Shown here: piece after piece, positions 7,614-16,766 of the stretch
Numbering within the stretch: the stretch's first letter is position 1
Layout: each line of letters starts with the position of its first letter
Notes under the pieces: generated by a model
The model's input: only the letters and a program-made list of their open reading frames with translations
Databases searched by the model: none
What the model was told of the DNA's origin: nothing
Made by a program: the position numbers and the translations under genes
Assembly (NCBI GenBank): GCA_043779265.1
Contig: JAYWEM010000089.1
Coordinates: forward strand, 1-22,631
DNA length: 22,631 nucleotides
From: a bacterium
Lineage (GTDB): Bacteria > Eisenbacteria > RBG-16-71-46
Direction of reading: 5' to 3'

Positions 7614-8684
7614 ATGACACAAGCGCTTCCATTCCCGACCCCTGCCTCGAGCCCGAACTTCTTCGGGTTCAGTCGCCCGCGTCTCGCCGCTCACCTGCGG
7701 GACCGCGGGCTGCCCGGCTATCGCGCGGACCAGCTCTACACATGGGTCTATCAGAAGCACGAGCGCGACATGGGGCGCATGAGCAATCTGCCGCGCGCGC
7801 TGCGCGCGGATCTCGGGGAGTGGCTCGACCTTCGCCTGCCCGCTGCTGCACAGGTGCTCTCGAGTCCCGACGGCAACACGCACAAGTTCGTGTTCGAGCT
7901 GGCCGACGGCAAGCGAGTCGAGAGCGTCTCGATGAGAACCGCGCGTCGCGTCACGTTCTGCATCTCGAGTCAGGTCGGCTGTGCACTCAAGTGCGCGTTC
8001 TGCGCCACCGGCATGATGGGACTGCTGCGCAATCTGCGCGCCGAGGAGATCGTGGCGCAGGTGGTCGCGATGGGCGAGTTCCACAAATGGCGGGACGATC
8101 GCTTCAACATCGTGTACATGGGCATGGGCGAGCCGCTCGCCAATCTCCCCGCTGTCGCCGAGTCCATCCACATCCTCAACGACGAGCTCGGTCTTCACCT
8201 CGGCGCGAGGCGCCTCACGGTGTCGACGTCCGGACTCGTGCCGCAGATCCGCCAACTGGCGAAGCTCGACATGCAGATCGGCCTGGCGCTCTCACTGCAC
8301 GCCACCACCGATGCACTGCGCGATGAGTTGGTGCCCGTCAACAAGCGCTGGCCGATCGCCGAGGTACTCGACGCGGTGCGTGAGTACGGCCGCACGGTGA
8401 ATCGGCGCGTGACGCTCGAGTACACGCTCCTCGGCGGCGTCAATGACAGCATCGAAGAGGCCGATCGCCTCGCCGCGATCGCTCGCTCACTGCCGAGCAA
8501 GGTGAACCTGATCCCCTACAACCCGGTGCCCGGCCTGCCCTGGAAGCGTCCGAGCCCCGAGGCGATCGACGCGTTCGCACAGAGGCTCTATCCGCACGCG
8601 CCCTCCGTCACCGTGCGCGATACCAAGGGAGGCGAGATCTGGGCGGCCTGCGGGCAGCTCGGGGGACTCTCGTCGCAAGCGTGA
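7614..8684 (+). CDS. rlmN: 23S rRNA (A2503-C2)/tRNA radical-SAM methyltransferase
   Basis: CISSQVGCALKCAFCATG (CxxxCxxC), MGMGEP, SLHA, VNLIPYNP, C-terminal AACGQL. Confidence 0.96.
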   Translation: MTQALPFPTPASSPNFFGFSRPRLAAHLRDRGLPGYRADQLYTWVYQKHERDMGRMSNLPRALRADLGEWLDLRLPAAAQVLSSPDGNTHKFVFELADGKRVESVSMRTARRVTFCISSQVGCALKCAFCATGMMGLLRNLRAEEIVAQVVAMGEFHKWRDDRFNIVYMGMGEPLANLPAVAESIHILNDELGLHLGARRLTVSTSGLVPQIRQLAKLDMQIGLALSLHATTDALRDELVPVNKRWPIAEVLDAVREYGRTVNRRVTLEYTLLGGVNDSIEEADRLAAIARSLPSKVNLIPYNPVPGLPWKRPSPEAIDAFAQRLYPHAPSVTVRDTKGGEIWAACGQLGGLSSQA

Positions 8685-8712
8685 GCCGCATCTGCCACAA
8701 TCGAGTGTGCAC

Positions 8713-10206
8713 ATGAAACTGCGCACCCGTCTGCTGGCTGCGTTGCTCGCATTCGCCTTCCTGCCGACGTTGGTGATGACGGTGTTCACGCTCGAGCTGT
8801 TCGGCCGTGCGACGGACCGTTGGTTCCTGCCCGGCGTCGATCGCGCGCTGGGCGCCGCGGTCGGAGTGAGCCGTGCGCCACTCGCGCGACTCGAGGCCAC
8901 CGTGCTCGATCGCGCCGATGACTGGGCCGGCGGACTTCGGGACCTTCCACTCGACGCGCGCGGGCGCAGCGCGCTGCGCGACGCCGTACACGACGCCGGG
9001 CTCGACTTCGCCCAGGGGTATGCGCGCGTGGGAGAACGTTGGCAGCTGCTGGAGACGGTCACCGCCGCCGGCCCACCGGACACGCTCGACCTCTCGAACG
9101 CCATCGGCAATGCACTCGCCGGTGGCCGCATCGTGCGTGACGACCGAGGCGCGCTGGCTGGTGTGTCGCAGGCCGGCGAGGAGATGGCGCTGGTCGCCGG
9201 CGTTCGCCTGCCGCAGGGCTACTTCGAGCGTCTCGATGATGTCGTCCGCGCGCGCGAGTACTACCCGCGCCTCGCCGTGCTCGTCGATGTGCAGCGCCGC
9301 TATGTGTGGTTGCTCGTGCTCGGCCTCGGCCTCGTGCTCACGCTACTGGCGCTCGGGACGGCACAGGCCCTCGCACGGAGTCTCTCGAGACCGCTGGGAG
9401 CACTCGCTCACGGCTTCGAACGAGTCGCCGAGGGCGACCTCACGGCGCGTGTCCCCGAGACCGGGCCGCAGGAACTGCGAATGCTGGCCGCCTCGTTCAA
9501 CGGCATGACCGCCCGCCTCGCCGATGCGCGCACGCAGTTGGCCGTCGCCGAACGCGAGGCGGCTTGGCGGGATGTGGCACGCAAACTCGCGCACGAGATC
9601 AAGAATCCGCTGACGCCCATGCGGCTCTCGTTGCATCGCCTGCAACGGCGTGCCGGTCTGGTGCCCGAGGACCAGCGGTCGGCCGTCGCCGACAGTCTCG
9701 AGGCGATGCTCAACGAGGTCGAGCACCTGACACGCCTCGCCGAACAATTCTCGCAATACGCGCGCCTTCCCGAGCCACGACGCGAGCACGTCGATCTGGC
9801 GAAACTGGCGCGCGACGCGGTCTCGCTGCACGAGCCCGAGCACCTCGTCCTGCGCTCGAACGCGCTCGATCCCTCGCCGGTCATCGGGGACCCCCTGCTT
9901 CTGTCACGCGCGCTCCACAATCTCCTGCTCAATGCCTGCGAGGCGAGTTCCGAAGGCGCCGAGGTCGAGGTCCGTACCGGCGTCACCGAGAGCCGGGCGT
10001 GGGCCGAGGTCCTCGATCGCGGCCCGGGCGTGCCGACGACTCTCGCCGAACAGATCTTCGAGCCGTATGTCAGCACCAAGAACCGCGGCAGCGGACTCGG
10101 GCTCTCGCTCGTCCGCGATGTCGCCAACCAGCATGAGGGTTCGATCACCCTGTCACCCCGCGAGGGCGGTGGCATGGTGGCTCGCTTCGAGATGCCGTCG
10201 GCCTGA
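8713..10206 (+). CDS. Membrane sensor histidine kinase, NtrY-like (2 TM, HAMP, HisKA, HATPase; no obvious PAS)
   Basis: AAWRDVARKLAHEIKNPLTP H-box of NtrY type; NLLLNA, DRGPG, IFEPY.STK..GSGLGL boxes. Confidence 0.9.
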   Translation: MKLRTRLLAALLAFAFLPTLVMTVFTLELFGRATDRWFLPGVDRALGAAVGVSRAPLARLEATVLDRADDWAGGLRDLPLDARGRSALRDAVHDAGLDFAQGYARVGERWQLLETVTAAGPPDTLDLSNAIGNALAGGRIVRDDRGALAGVSQAGEEMALVAGVRLPQGYFERLDDVVRAREYYPRLAVLVDVQRRYVWLLVLGLGLVLTLLALGTAQALARSLSRPLGALAHGFERVAEGDLTARVPETGPQELRMLAASFNGMTARLADARTQLAVAEREAAWRDVARKLAHEIKNPLTPMRLSLHRLQRRAGLVPEDQRSAVADSLEAMLNEVEHLTRLAEQFSQYARLPEPRREHVDLAKLARDAVSLHEPEHLVLRSNALDPSPVIGDPLLLSRALHNLLLNACEASSEGAEVEVRTGVTESRAWAEVLDRGPGVPTTLAEQIFEPYVSTKNRGSGLGLSLVRDVANQHEGSITLSPREGGGMVARFEMPSA

Positions 10207-10217
10207 CGCCGAGGAGG

Positions 10218-11603
10218 ATGAAGATGTCCGAACGCTTCACCGTGCTCACCGTGGATGACGATCTCGCGGTCCGTCGCAGCCTGAGGGGACTCCTCGAGGA
10301 CGTCGGTCACGAGGTGCTCGAGTCGCCGAACGCCGAGCATGGGTACGCCACACTCGGCCGCCAGCGAGTCGACGCCGTTCTGCTCGACCTCCGCATGCCG
10401 GGCGAGCATGGGCTCGATGCACTCATCCGGATCCGCGAACAGGCGCCCGACACGGCCGTCATCATCGTCTCGGGTGAGGGAACCGTGGAACACGCGCTCA
10501 AGGCCGGTCAGCGCGGCGCGTTCGACTTCATCATGAAGCCCGTGAACGATCCGCAGCACCTCCTCGAGACGCTGGATGAGGCCGTGCGCATCACACGTCT
10601 GCGTCGCGCGACCGAGGCAGCCGCACGGGCGGCTTCAGCGCCCCGCCCTTCCTCCCCCGCACTCGCGGACGACCTCGGGATGATCGGCACCAGCGCCGCC
10701 ATCGAACGTCTGCGCGAGCAGCTGAGGAAGGTGGCACCCTCGAACGGGCGCGTCTTGATCCTGGGCGAGAACGGTGCCGGCAAGGAACTCGTGGCGCACG
10801 CGATCCACGCGCTGTCCAAGCGGTCCGAGGGCGCGTTCGTGAAGCTCAATTGCGCCGCGATCCCGAAGGACCTGCTCGAGTCCGAGTTGTTCGGCTTCGA
10901 GAAGGGCGCGTTCACCGGCGCGGTTCAGAGCAAGAAGGGCCGCCTCGAGATGGCCGATGGCGGCACGTTGTTCCTCGACGAGATCGGCGATCTCGCGCTC
11001 GAGGCGCAGGCCAAGCTGCTGCGTGCACTCGAGACCGGGGAGATCGAACGGCTCGGCGGCACCAAGAGCGCCAAAGTGGACGTACGACTGCTCGCGGCCA
11101 CCAACAAGGACCTCGCCGACGCCGTGCAGCAGGGCGAGTTCCGCGAGGACCTCTACTTCCGGCTCAACGTGCTACCGCTTCAGGTGCCGGCGCTGCGAGA
11201 GCGGCGGGGCGACGTGCTGCGGCTCGCCGAGCACTTCCTGGCGCAGTTCGCCGGGTCCGAGGGACGCATCGTTCAAACGTTCGAATCGGATGCCATCGCC
11301 CTGCTCGAGGACTACCACTGGCCCGGGAATGTGCGGGAACTCCGGAATCTCATGGAGCGAGCGGTCGTACTGGTGGCGGGCCCGGCGATCACCGTCGCGG
11401 ACCTGCTGCCGTGGCTCGAGGCGCGGCCGGAGGAGGGCGAGGACAGTGGTCTCAAGGGCAAGGTGGCCCGCAGCGAGATCGACTCGATCCGACGGGCGCT
11501 GGAGTCCGCCGACTGGAACGTCACGCAGGCCGCTGCCGGCCTCGGGATCGACCGCACCAACCTCCATCGCAAGATGCGCAAGTACAGCATCGCCCGACGG
11601 TGA
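10218..11603 (+). CDS. Sigma54-dependent response regulator, NtrX/NtrC family
   Basis: GAGGAGG SD; receiver (VDDD, LLDLRMPG, KP); GENGAGKE; ESELFGFEKGAFTGA; FLDEIG; Fis HTH. Confidence 0.93.
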   Translation: MKMSERFTVLTVDDDLAVRRSLRGLLEDVGHEVLESPNAEHGYATLGRQRVDAVLLDLRMPGEHGLDALIRIREQAPDTAVIIVSGEGTVEHALKAGQRGAFDFIMKPVNDPQHLLETLDEAVRITRLRRATEAAARAASAPRPSSPALADDLGMIGTSAAIERLREQLRKVAPSNGRVLILGENGAGKELVAHAIHALSKRSEGAFVKLNCAAIPKDLLESELFGFEKGAFTGAVQSKKGRLEMADGGTLFLDEIGDLALEAQAKLLRALETGEIERLGGTKSAKVDVRLLAATNKDLADAVQQGEFREDLYFRLNVLPLQVPALRERRGDVLRLAEHFLAQFAGSEGRIVQTFESDAIALLEDYHWPGNVRELRNLMERAVVLVAGPAITVADLLPWLEARPEEGEDSGLKGKVARSEIDSIRRALESADWNVTQAAAGLGIDRTNLHRKMRKYSIARR

Positions 11604-11720
11604 GGCCCATGCGCCACAACATGAGTGGCGAAGCGGCCACATCCGCCGAGAGCGACGTCGGGGACGGGTCACAAACTCAAGCCCCACATGTGGTTGCGCT
11701 GGGAGTCCGTGGCGATTTCC

Positions 11721-11736
11721 CGGCACGGGGATTGCC
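11721..11736 (+). promoter_or_regulatory. Sigma54 (-24/-12) promoter for the OM barrel/DUF4390 genes
   Basis: CGGCAC-GGGGA-TTGCC matches YGGCAC-N5-TTGC, 42 nt before ATG 11779. Confidence 0.72.
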
Positions 11737-11778
11737 CATCATCTCCACCGCACCCATGGTCACAGCGCGGAGGTCCTG

Positions 11779-13080
11779 ATGCGACGTCTCACCACCTGGA
11801 TGCTGCTCCTCATCGCCCTGGTCGCCCCGGAGATCGCTCGGGCGGACCTGGCGCGCGGCGACACCATGGTGTTCCAGCCGACCGAGCAGCAGCGCACGGA
11901 CGACGACTCGCCGAAGAGCCGCCATCGCATCGGAGTCGGTCTCCCCGATGACGATTGGCTCCAGGCGCCCTTCGGCGATCGACTGCTGACCCATCCCGAT
12001 CCTTGGTGGGGAGGCGATCGCAGACGGGCTCGCCAGCTCGATGTCGCGCTCGACTACAACCGGGTCGACCTGCTGCGCTACGGCCTCGCCTTCCAGGCGC
12101 AGGCGCCCGAGACCATGCAGCCGCGCGTCGGCGCGAGACTCGAATACTCGACCGGTCGGCGCCGTGTGCTCTACGGCATCCAACTCGAACAGCCCCTCGC
12201 CCCTCCCGCACGTCTGGTGCTGGGTGCCAGCCTCGTGCGGCGGACCGACCACAGCGATCTCCAGCAGGTCGATGACGCCGAGAACTCGCTCGCGCTGCTG
12301 CTCGCACGTCAGGACTATCGCGACTACTTCGAGCGTGAGGGAGCCGGGCTCTACGTCTCCTGGCGAGTTCCCGACTTCTCGACCGTGAGCGCCCATCTGC
12401 GCGGAGATGACTTCCGCTCGCTCGCTCGAGCGCGCCACGTGACGTCGTGGTTCGAGAAGGACCGGCCGCTGCGCGACAACCCGGCGATCGACGAGGGCCG
12501 GGCGCGCCGGGCCCTGCTGCGATTCGAGCGCCTGGCGCACCAGACGAAACGCACCCGCGCCGGCTTCTACCACTGGGTCGAACTCGAGCGCGCAGGAGGC
12601 CAACTGGGCGGCGACTTCGACTACACGCGTGCGCTCGCCGATCTGCGCAGCGTGCTCCGCCTCTCACCCGCAGCGACCATGTCTTTGCGCGGCGTCGCCG
12701 GCTCGATGCTCGATGGCGTACTGCCACGGCAGATGGAGTTCTCGGTCGGCGGCGTCGACGGCCTTCGCGGGCATCCGCTCGGCGCCTTCCGTGGCGACCA
12801 GATGGTGTTGATGCAAGCCGAGTACACCTTCGGTCTGTGGACCCTCGACTCCAACGGCCAGGGCTCGGGCTCGGGCCTCAATGTCATCGCGTTCGTGGAC
12901 GCCGGCACCGCGTGGCATCAGCCTGCCGCTCGATGGGATGCGGGCCGCCAGAAACTCGGCGTCGATGCCGGAGTAGGGCTCGCCACGGGCGAGAACGACA
13001 TCCGGATCACGTTCGCCCGGAACCTGCAGGAACCCGACGCCGACTTCGTCGTCCAGGTTCGGCTGCAGCGGCCCTTCTAG
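11779..13080 (+). CDS. Outer-membrane beta-barrel protein (Omp85/BamA-like C-terminal barrel, no POTRA evident)
   Basis: GGAGG SD; signal peptide MRRLTTWMLLLIALVAPEIARA; VGGVDGLRGH (VRGF-like loop); FVDAGTAW; amphipathic last strand ending in Phe. The N-terminal 274 aa of the track ORF is spurious overlap. Confidence 0.8.
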   Translation: MRRLTTWMLLLIALVAPEIARADLARGDTMVFQPTEQQRTDDDSPKSRHRIGVGLPDDDWLQAPFGDRLLTHPDPWWGGDRRRARQLDVALDYNRVDLLRYGLAFQAQAPETMQPRVGARLEYSTGRRRVLYGIQLEQPLAPPARLVLGASLVRRTDHSDLQQVDDAENSLALLLARQDYRDYFEREGAGLYVSWRVPDFSTVSAHLRGDDFRSLARARHVTSWFEKDRPLRDNPAIDEGRARRALLRFERLAHQTKRTRAGFYHWVELERAGGQLGGDFDYTRALADLRSVLRLSPAATMSLRGVAGSMLDGVLPRQMEFSVGGVDGLRGHPLGAFRGDQMVLMQAEYTFGLWTLDSNGQGSGSGLNVIAFVDAGTAWHQPAARWDAGRQKLGVDAGVGLATGENDIRITFARNLQEPDADFVVQVRLQRPF

Positions 13081-13095
13081 AGGAATCGACGACCC

Positions 13096-13767
13096 GTGCC
13101 CCCCATGCTCCCCACTCGGTTGCTTCGCATCGGGTTCCTCGTCAGCGTGCTCGCGCTCGTCGCGGGCTCGGCTGTGGCGCTCCGACTATCGCCCGTCAGC
13201 CTGAGCGAGGACGCACGCGGCTCGCTGTGGGCCGACCTGTCGATCGAGGACCCACTCGATGCGCGCGTGCGAAGCAGCCTGTCGCGCGGCATGCCGGCGA
13301 CACTCGAGCTCCACGCCGAGTTGTGGCGGCGGCGCGGGGGCTGGTTCGATCGTCTGGAGCGCGCCTTCGATGCCGAGGTTCGGCTGAGCTACGACGTCTG
13401 GCGCGACGCCTGGCGGCTCGAGCGAGCCGGAGTCGCGCCGGTGATCGCGGGCTCGCTGGACTCACTCGAGGCGGCGCTCACCCGGCCGATTGCACTACCG
13501 GTCGGAGCACTCGATCGCATCTCGGAGGACGCCCGCTGCTACGTCGTCATCACCGTCACGCTGCGTCCGCTCGATGTCGAGGACGCGGCGCAGGTGGAGG
13601 GCTGGATCTCGGGCGAGGTGAAGCAACCCGGAAGCGGCGGGCTCGGCGTGATCACGGCGCTTCCGCGCTCGGTGTTCGACGCGGTGCGCAACTTCGCCGG
13701 CTTCGGCGACGTTCGCGCGCGCATGCGCAGCGACGAGTTCACGCCCCGGGGCCTGCGGGCGCGCTGA
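13096..13767 (+). CDS. DUF4390-like exported protein
   Basis: Signal peptide; SLSRGMPATL...LWRRRGGWFD...LSYDVW pattern recalled from DUF4390, a family often linked to ntrYX. Confidence 0.7.
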   Translation: MPPMLPTRLLRIGFLVSVLALVAGSAVALRLSPVSLSEDARGSLWADLSIEDPLDARVRSSLSRGMPATLELHAELWRRRGGWFDRLERAFDAEVRLSYDVWRDAWRLERAGVAPVIAGSLDSLEAALTRPIALPVGALDRISEDARCYVVITVTLRPLDVEDAAQVEGWISGEVKQPGSGGLGVITALPRSVFDAVRNFAGFGDVRARMRSDEFTPRGLRAR

Positions 13768-13836
13768 GCAGGCGACGCGCGCGAGGACTCATCGTGCTCG
13801 CCCGCGTGCTCCATGATCGGAAGCCGCCGGCAGCTT

Positions 13837-14823
13837 CTAGAGCCGCGTGACCTTCGCGGCTCCGCCTGCACCATCACGAGCACGGGCGAACGTCACGCCG
13901 CGGACTCTCTGGCCCTGGGGGTCGCGGCCATCCCACGTCCAGCTGACCGAGCCCATCTGGGTGGTCGGCATGACCGTCGCCAACCGACGCCCGGTCACAT
14001 CGAACACATCGAGCGGCGCCAACTCGTAGCCGAGGCGCGAGTAGACGACCGCGCCGCGTGACACCGACGGAGCGGACAACTTCATCGCCATCTCACCCGA
14101 CTCCGTGGCCAGCGAAAGGAAGAACTCCTCGAGCCCGGCGACCGATCCCGGGTGCTCCAGCGTCGCGTTCTCGATGGTGCCCTCGACATTCGACAGAACG
14201 CCGCCGAACAGTGCGCGGAAGTCCTCGGCGAAGATCTCGTGCGGGCGATCGGCGTGCGCCGAGCCCGAGCGATTCGTGGCCTCATCGAGGCCGCGCAGGG
14301 AGCTGTAGCGCTGCCAGCGATCGCCATCGCTGTCGGGCATGCGAACGTACTGCACGACATGCCCCAGCTCGTGCGTGAACTCGGAATGCTGGTGGGCGGC
14401 GCTCAGCGCGCGCACCCCCGGCGACAGCAGGATCAACCCGGGGCCGGCAGCCGACTCGAGGCCGCTGCGGCGCGGGTAGGGCAGGATGAAGATCTCGGCG
14501 GCGATGCCGGTGAGCGGGAATCGGACCGCGCTAAGCGCGCGCGTCACCTCGGCTGCGTCGTAGGGATGGAACCGGCCGTCACCGGGATTCGTGATCACAG
14601 GGTCGCTGGTCGAGGTCACCAGCTCCCAGCGGGCTCCGCTCGAGATCTCGAACCACAGGCGACCATCCTCCCAACGGCAGAATCGCTCGAGCGTCTCGCG
14701 GGCATCGTGGATCACGAAGCCGCGCGTGTGCGCCGAGGAAGCCAGGTCCGCTGCTCCCGCCGAGGAGACGGTGAGCAGGGCGGTCACGAGGCCGAGCGAG
14801 AGAGTGCGAAGGAGGCGGTCCAT
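13837..14823 (-). CDS. Secreted zinc metallopeptidase-like protein with C-terminal FlgD/Ig-like domain
   Basis: Signal peptide; THELGH (HExxH) plus downstream HEIFAEDF glutamate; tail LDVFDVTGRRLATV...WTWDGRD. Confidence 0.75.
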   Translation of the reverse strand: MDRLLRTLSLGLVTALLTVSSAGAADLASSAHTRGFVIHDARETLERFCRWEDGRLWFEISSGARWELVTSTSDPVITNPGDGRFHPYDAAEVTRALSAVRFPLTGIAAEIFILPYPRRSGLESAAGPGLILLSPGVRALSAAHQHSEFTHELGHVVQYVRMPDSDGDRWQRYSSLRGLDEATNRSGSAHADRPHEIFAEDFRALFGGVLSNVEGTIENATLEHPGSVAGLEEFFLSLATESGEMAMKLSAPSVSRGAVVYSRLGYELAPLDVFDVTGRRLATVMPTTQMGSVSWTWDGRDPQGQRVRGVTFARARDGAGGAAKVTRL

Positions 14824-14836
14824 GGCATCTTAGTAA

Positions 14837-14852
14837 GGCGAGTTCCGTGCCA
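14837..14852 (-). promoter_or_regulatory. Sigma54-like promoter for the metallopeptidase
   Basis: Minus strand TGGCAC-GGAAC-TCGCC. Predicted +1 is only about 3 nt before ATG 14823 and no SD is present. Confidence 0.55.
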
Positions 14853-15061
14853 CCCCGCGCGAACCCACCCACCGACTCGTGCAGCTCGCACGACCTGTGG
14901 AGGTGGTTGCGAGAACGGTACTTGCCGCCTGTCCTCGCGCCCGCCGAAGGGCCCGCGCACAGCGCCAGGAGGCGCTCGGACCGCGATCGGGGCCTCCGGC
15001 CCCATAGGCCGAGCGCCTGCTGGGGGATCCCCCCCAATGGGCGCTCGATGGATCCGTCGAC

Positions 15062-16174
15062 TCAGGCGGGCGTGGCGGAGTCCTGAATCGGCGGCGCGGG
15101 GGCCGCTGGAGCCGGGCCCTCGGGCGCTGCGCCACGCTCCGGACTGCCGATCCGGCTCAACAGGGCGGCGCCCGTGCCGATCGTCATCAGGCCGAGGAAC
15201 TGCAGCATCCCGGCCAAGTGGAAGAACAGCGCCAGCGTGCGCAGCGAGCCCTCGCCGCTCCACAACACGGCACCGATCACACCGAAGATGGTGACGAGCA
15301 GCGAGCCCGCGGCGATGGGCGCCAGCTGACCGCCTTCGCCGAGCCGCCGCCTCGTCAACTTGCAGCCGAGCACGTAGGCGCCTGCGAGATACCCCGCGAA
15401 CGAGAGTCCGAAGTAGAGGAAGGGCATGAGCACCGCCACCGGGGCGCCCACCACCGTGACGAGCAGCAGAACGGCCGCCACCACCGCCAGCGGGCCCGAG
15501 AGGATGCCGAGTCCGAGCGAGACCGCGGTGCGCCGCGAGGCCATGCGCGCCACGCGCACCAGCCGGTCGGGGAAGATCGCCGCGAGCACCCAGCCGAAGA
15601 ACAGAGTCACGAGCCAGCCGAGCAGAAGCGTCGCGAGGACGACCGGGAGTGCAGGCAGCCCCAGTGTGAGCAGCGGAAGGAATCCGATCGAGACGCTCTC
15701 GCCACCGACACTCGCGCCACTTGGCGTCACCAACTGCCCGCCGACCGCGACGGCATCCTCGGTGACCCTCGCACCCGGGGACAGCGAGACCGATCCGAAC
15801 ACCGCGACGGCGGAACCATTCACATTGCCGTCCACGTGCACATCGCCGAACACCGCGACCACGTCACCGTCGATGCTGTCGCCGGAATTCACGCGAGCAT
15901 CCGAGAACAACCGGACGATACCCGCCCCGCTGTAGTCGACATCGCCGAGGTCGACATCGGCACGGAACCGGAGTCCGCTGTCGGCGGACCAGGTCGTGCT
16001 GTCGCCATGCTCGCGGGTGATCTCCACGCCACGGGAGTCGACGCGCACGCGCTCGACACGTTGGCCCTTGGCGTCCGTCACCTTCGCCCGAGCCTCGATC
16101 GTCTGAGCCGAGGCGGTCGGAGCCATCAAAGCCAAGCCGAGCATCGCGCCGACCCACATGCGGCTGTTAGCCAC
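15062..16174 (-). CDS. Membrane protein with bactofilin-like (polymer-forming) repeats and C-terminal TM helices
   Basis: GTG at 16174 after AAGGGG, overlapping the anti-sigma stop; signal peptide; IDGDVVAVFGDVHVDGNVNGSAVAVFGSV repeats; about 5 hydrophobic helices. Confidence 0.8.
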   Translation of the reverse strand: MANSRMWVGAMLGLALMAPTASAQTIEARAKVTDAKGQRVERVRVDSRGVEITREHGDSTTWSADSGLRFRADVDLGDVDYSGAGIVRLFSDARVNSGDSIDGDVVAVFGDVHVDGNVNGSAVAVFGSVSLSPGARVTEDAVAVGGQLVTPSGASVGGESVSIGFLPLLTLGLPALPVVLATLLLGWLVTLFFGWVLAAIFPDRLVRVARMASRRTAVSLGLGILSGPLAVVAAVLLLVTVVGAPVAVLMPFLYFGLSFAGYLAGAYVLGCKLTRRRLGEGGQLAPIAAGSLLVTIFGVIGAVLWSGEGSLRTLALFFHLAGMLQFLGLMTIGTGAALLSRIGSPERGAAPEGPAPAAPAPPIQDSATPA

Positions 16175-16766
16175 GGGAGACCCCCTTGCGGCTCTCACGA
16201 GGCCGCATCCACCACAACACCAAGGCACAGGCCAGAACGGCGGCCACGGAAACCGAGAGGATGACCGGCGACTGCAACGGGGCCAGCAGAGCACGTCCGA
16301 GCGGAGCGAGCCCTTCGAGCAGACTCCCCGCGGCCCCGAACAGATCGACGGTGCGAAGCACTGCACCATTGAGGCTGTGCATCACGAACACGAACAGATC
16401 GCCGATCGCGGCGACCGCGTCGCCTGCGAGTGCGCGCACCCAACTCCTCGGACCCGGCAGCAGGATCGCCGCGGCGAGCGTGCTTATGCTGACCGCGAGG
16501 CCGGTTCCGAATGCGACACCGAACGCCCGGCTCCACACGGGTGAGGGTTCGGGATGGGTGCGAGCGAGGACGCGATCGGCGAAGCCGCGCGAGGGCGACA
16601 GGAGTGGCATGGAATCAAGCGCGCCGAAGACGCGGCGCAGCAGCGCCAGCTCGCCCGCGCATGCGGCGCAGATGATGAGGTGCGCCTCCATCTGAAGGCG
16701 CTCCTCGGCGGGCAGCAGCCCCTCGAGGTGATCCTGCAGCTTGTTCCTCTCGTGACAGCGCGTCAT
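16167..16766 (-). CDS. Zinc-binding (ZAS, zf-HC2) transmembrane anti-sigma factor
   Basis: HLIICAAC (HxxxCxxC); TM segments; ATGA overlap with the ECF sigma gene. Confidence 0.88.
   Translation of the reverse strand: MTRCHERNKLQDHLEGLLPAEERLQMEAHLIICAACAGELALLRRVFGALDSMPLLSPSRGFADRVLARTHPEPSPVWSRAFGVAFGTGLAVSISTLAAAILLPGPRSWVRALAGDAVAAIGDLFVFVMHSLNGAVLRTVDLFGAAGSLLEGLAPLGRALLAPLQSPVILSVSVAAVLACALVLWWMRPRESRKGVSRG

Noticed and set aside
10957..11778. N-terminal 274 aa of the 707-aa ORF as a fusion
   Set aside because: It overlaps the response regulator out of frame. The SD, signal peptide and promoter place the real start at 11779.
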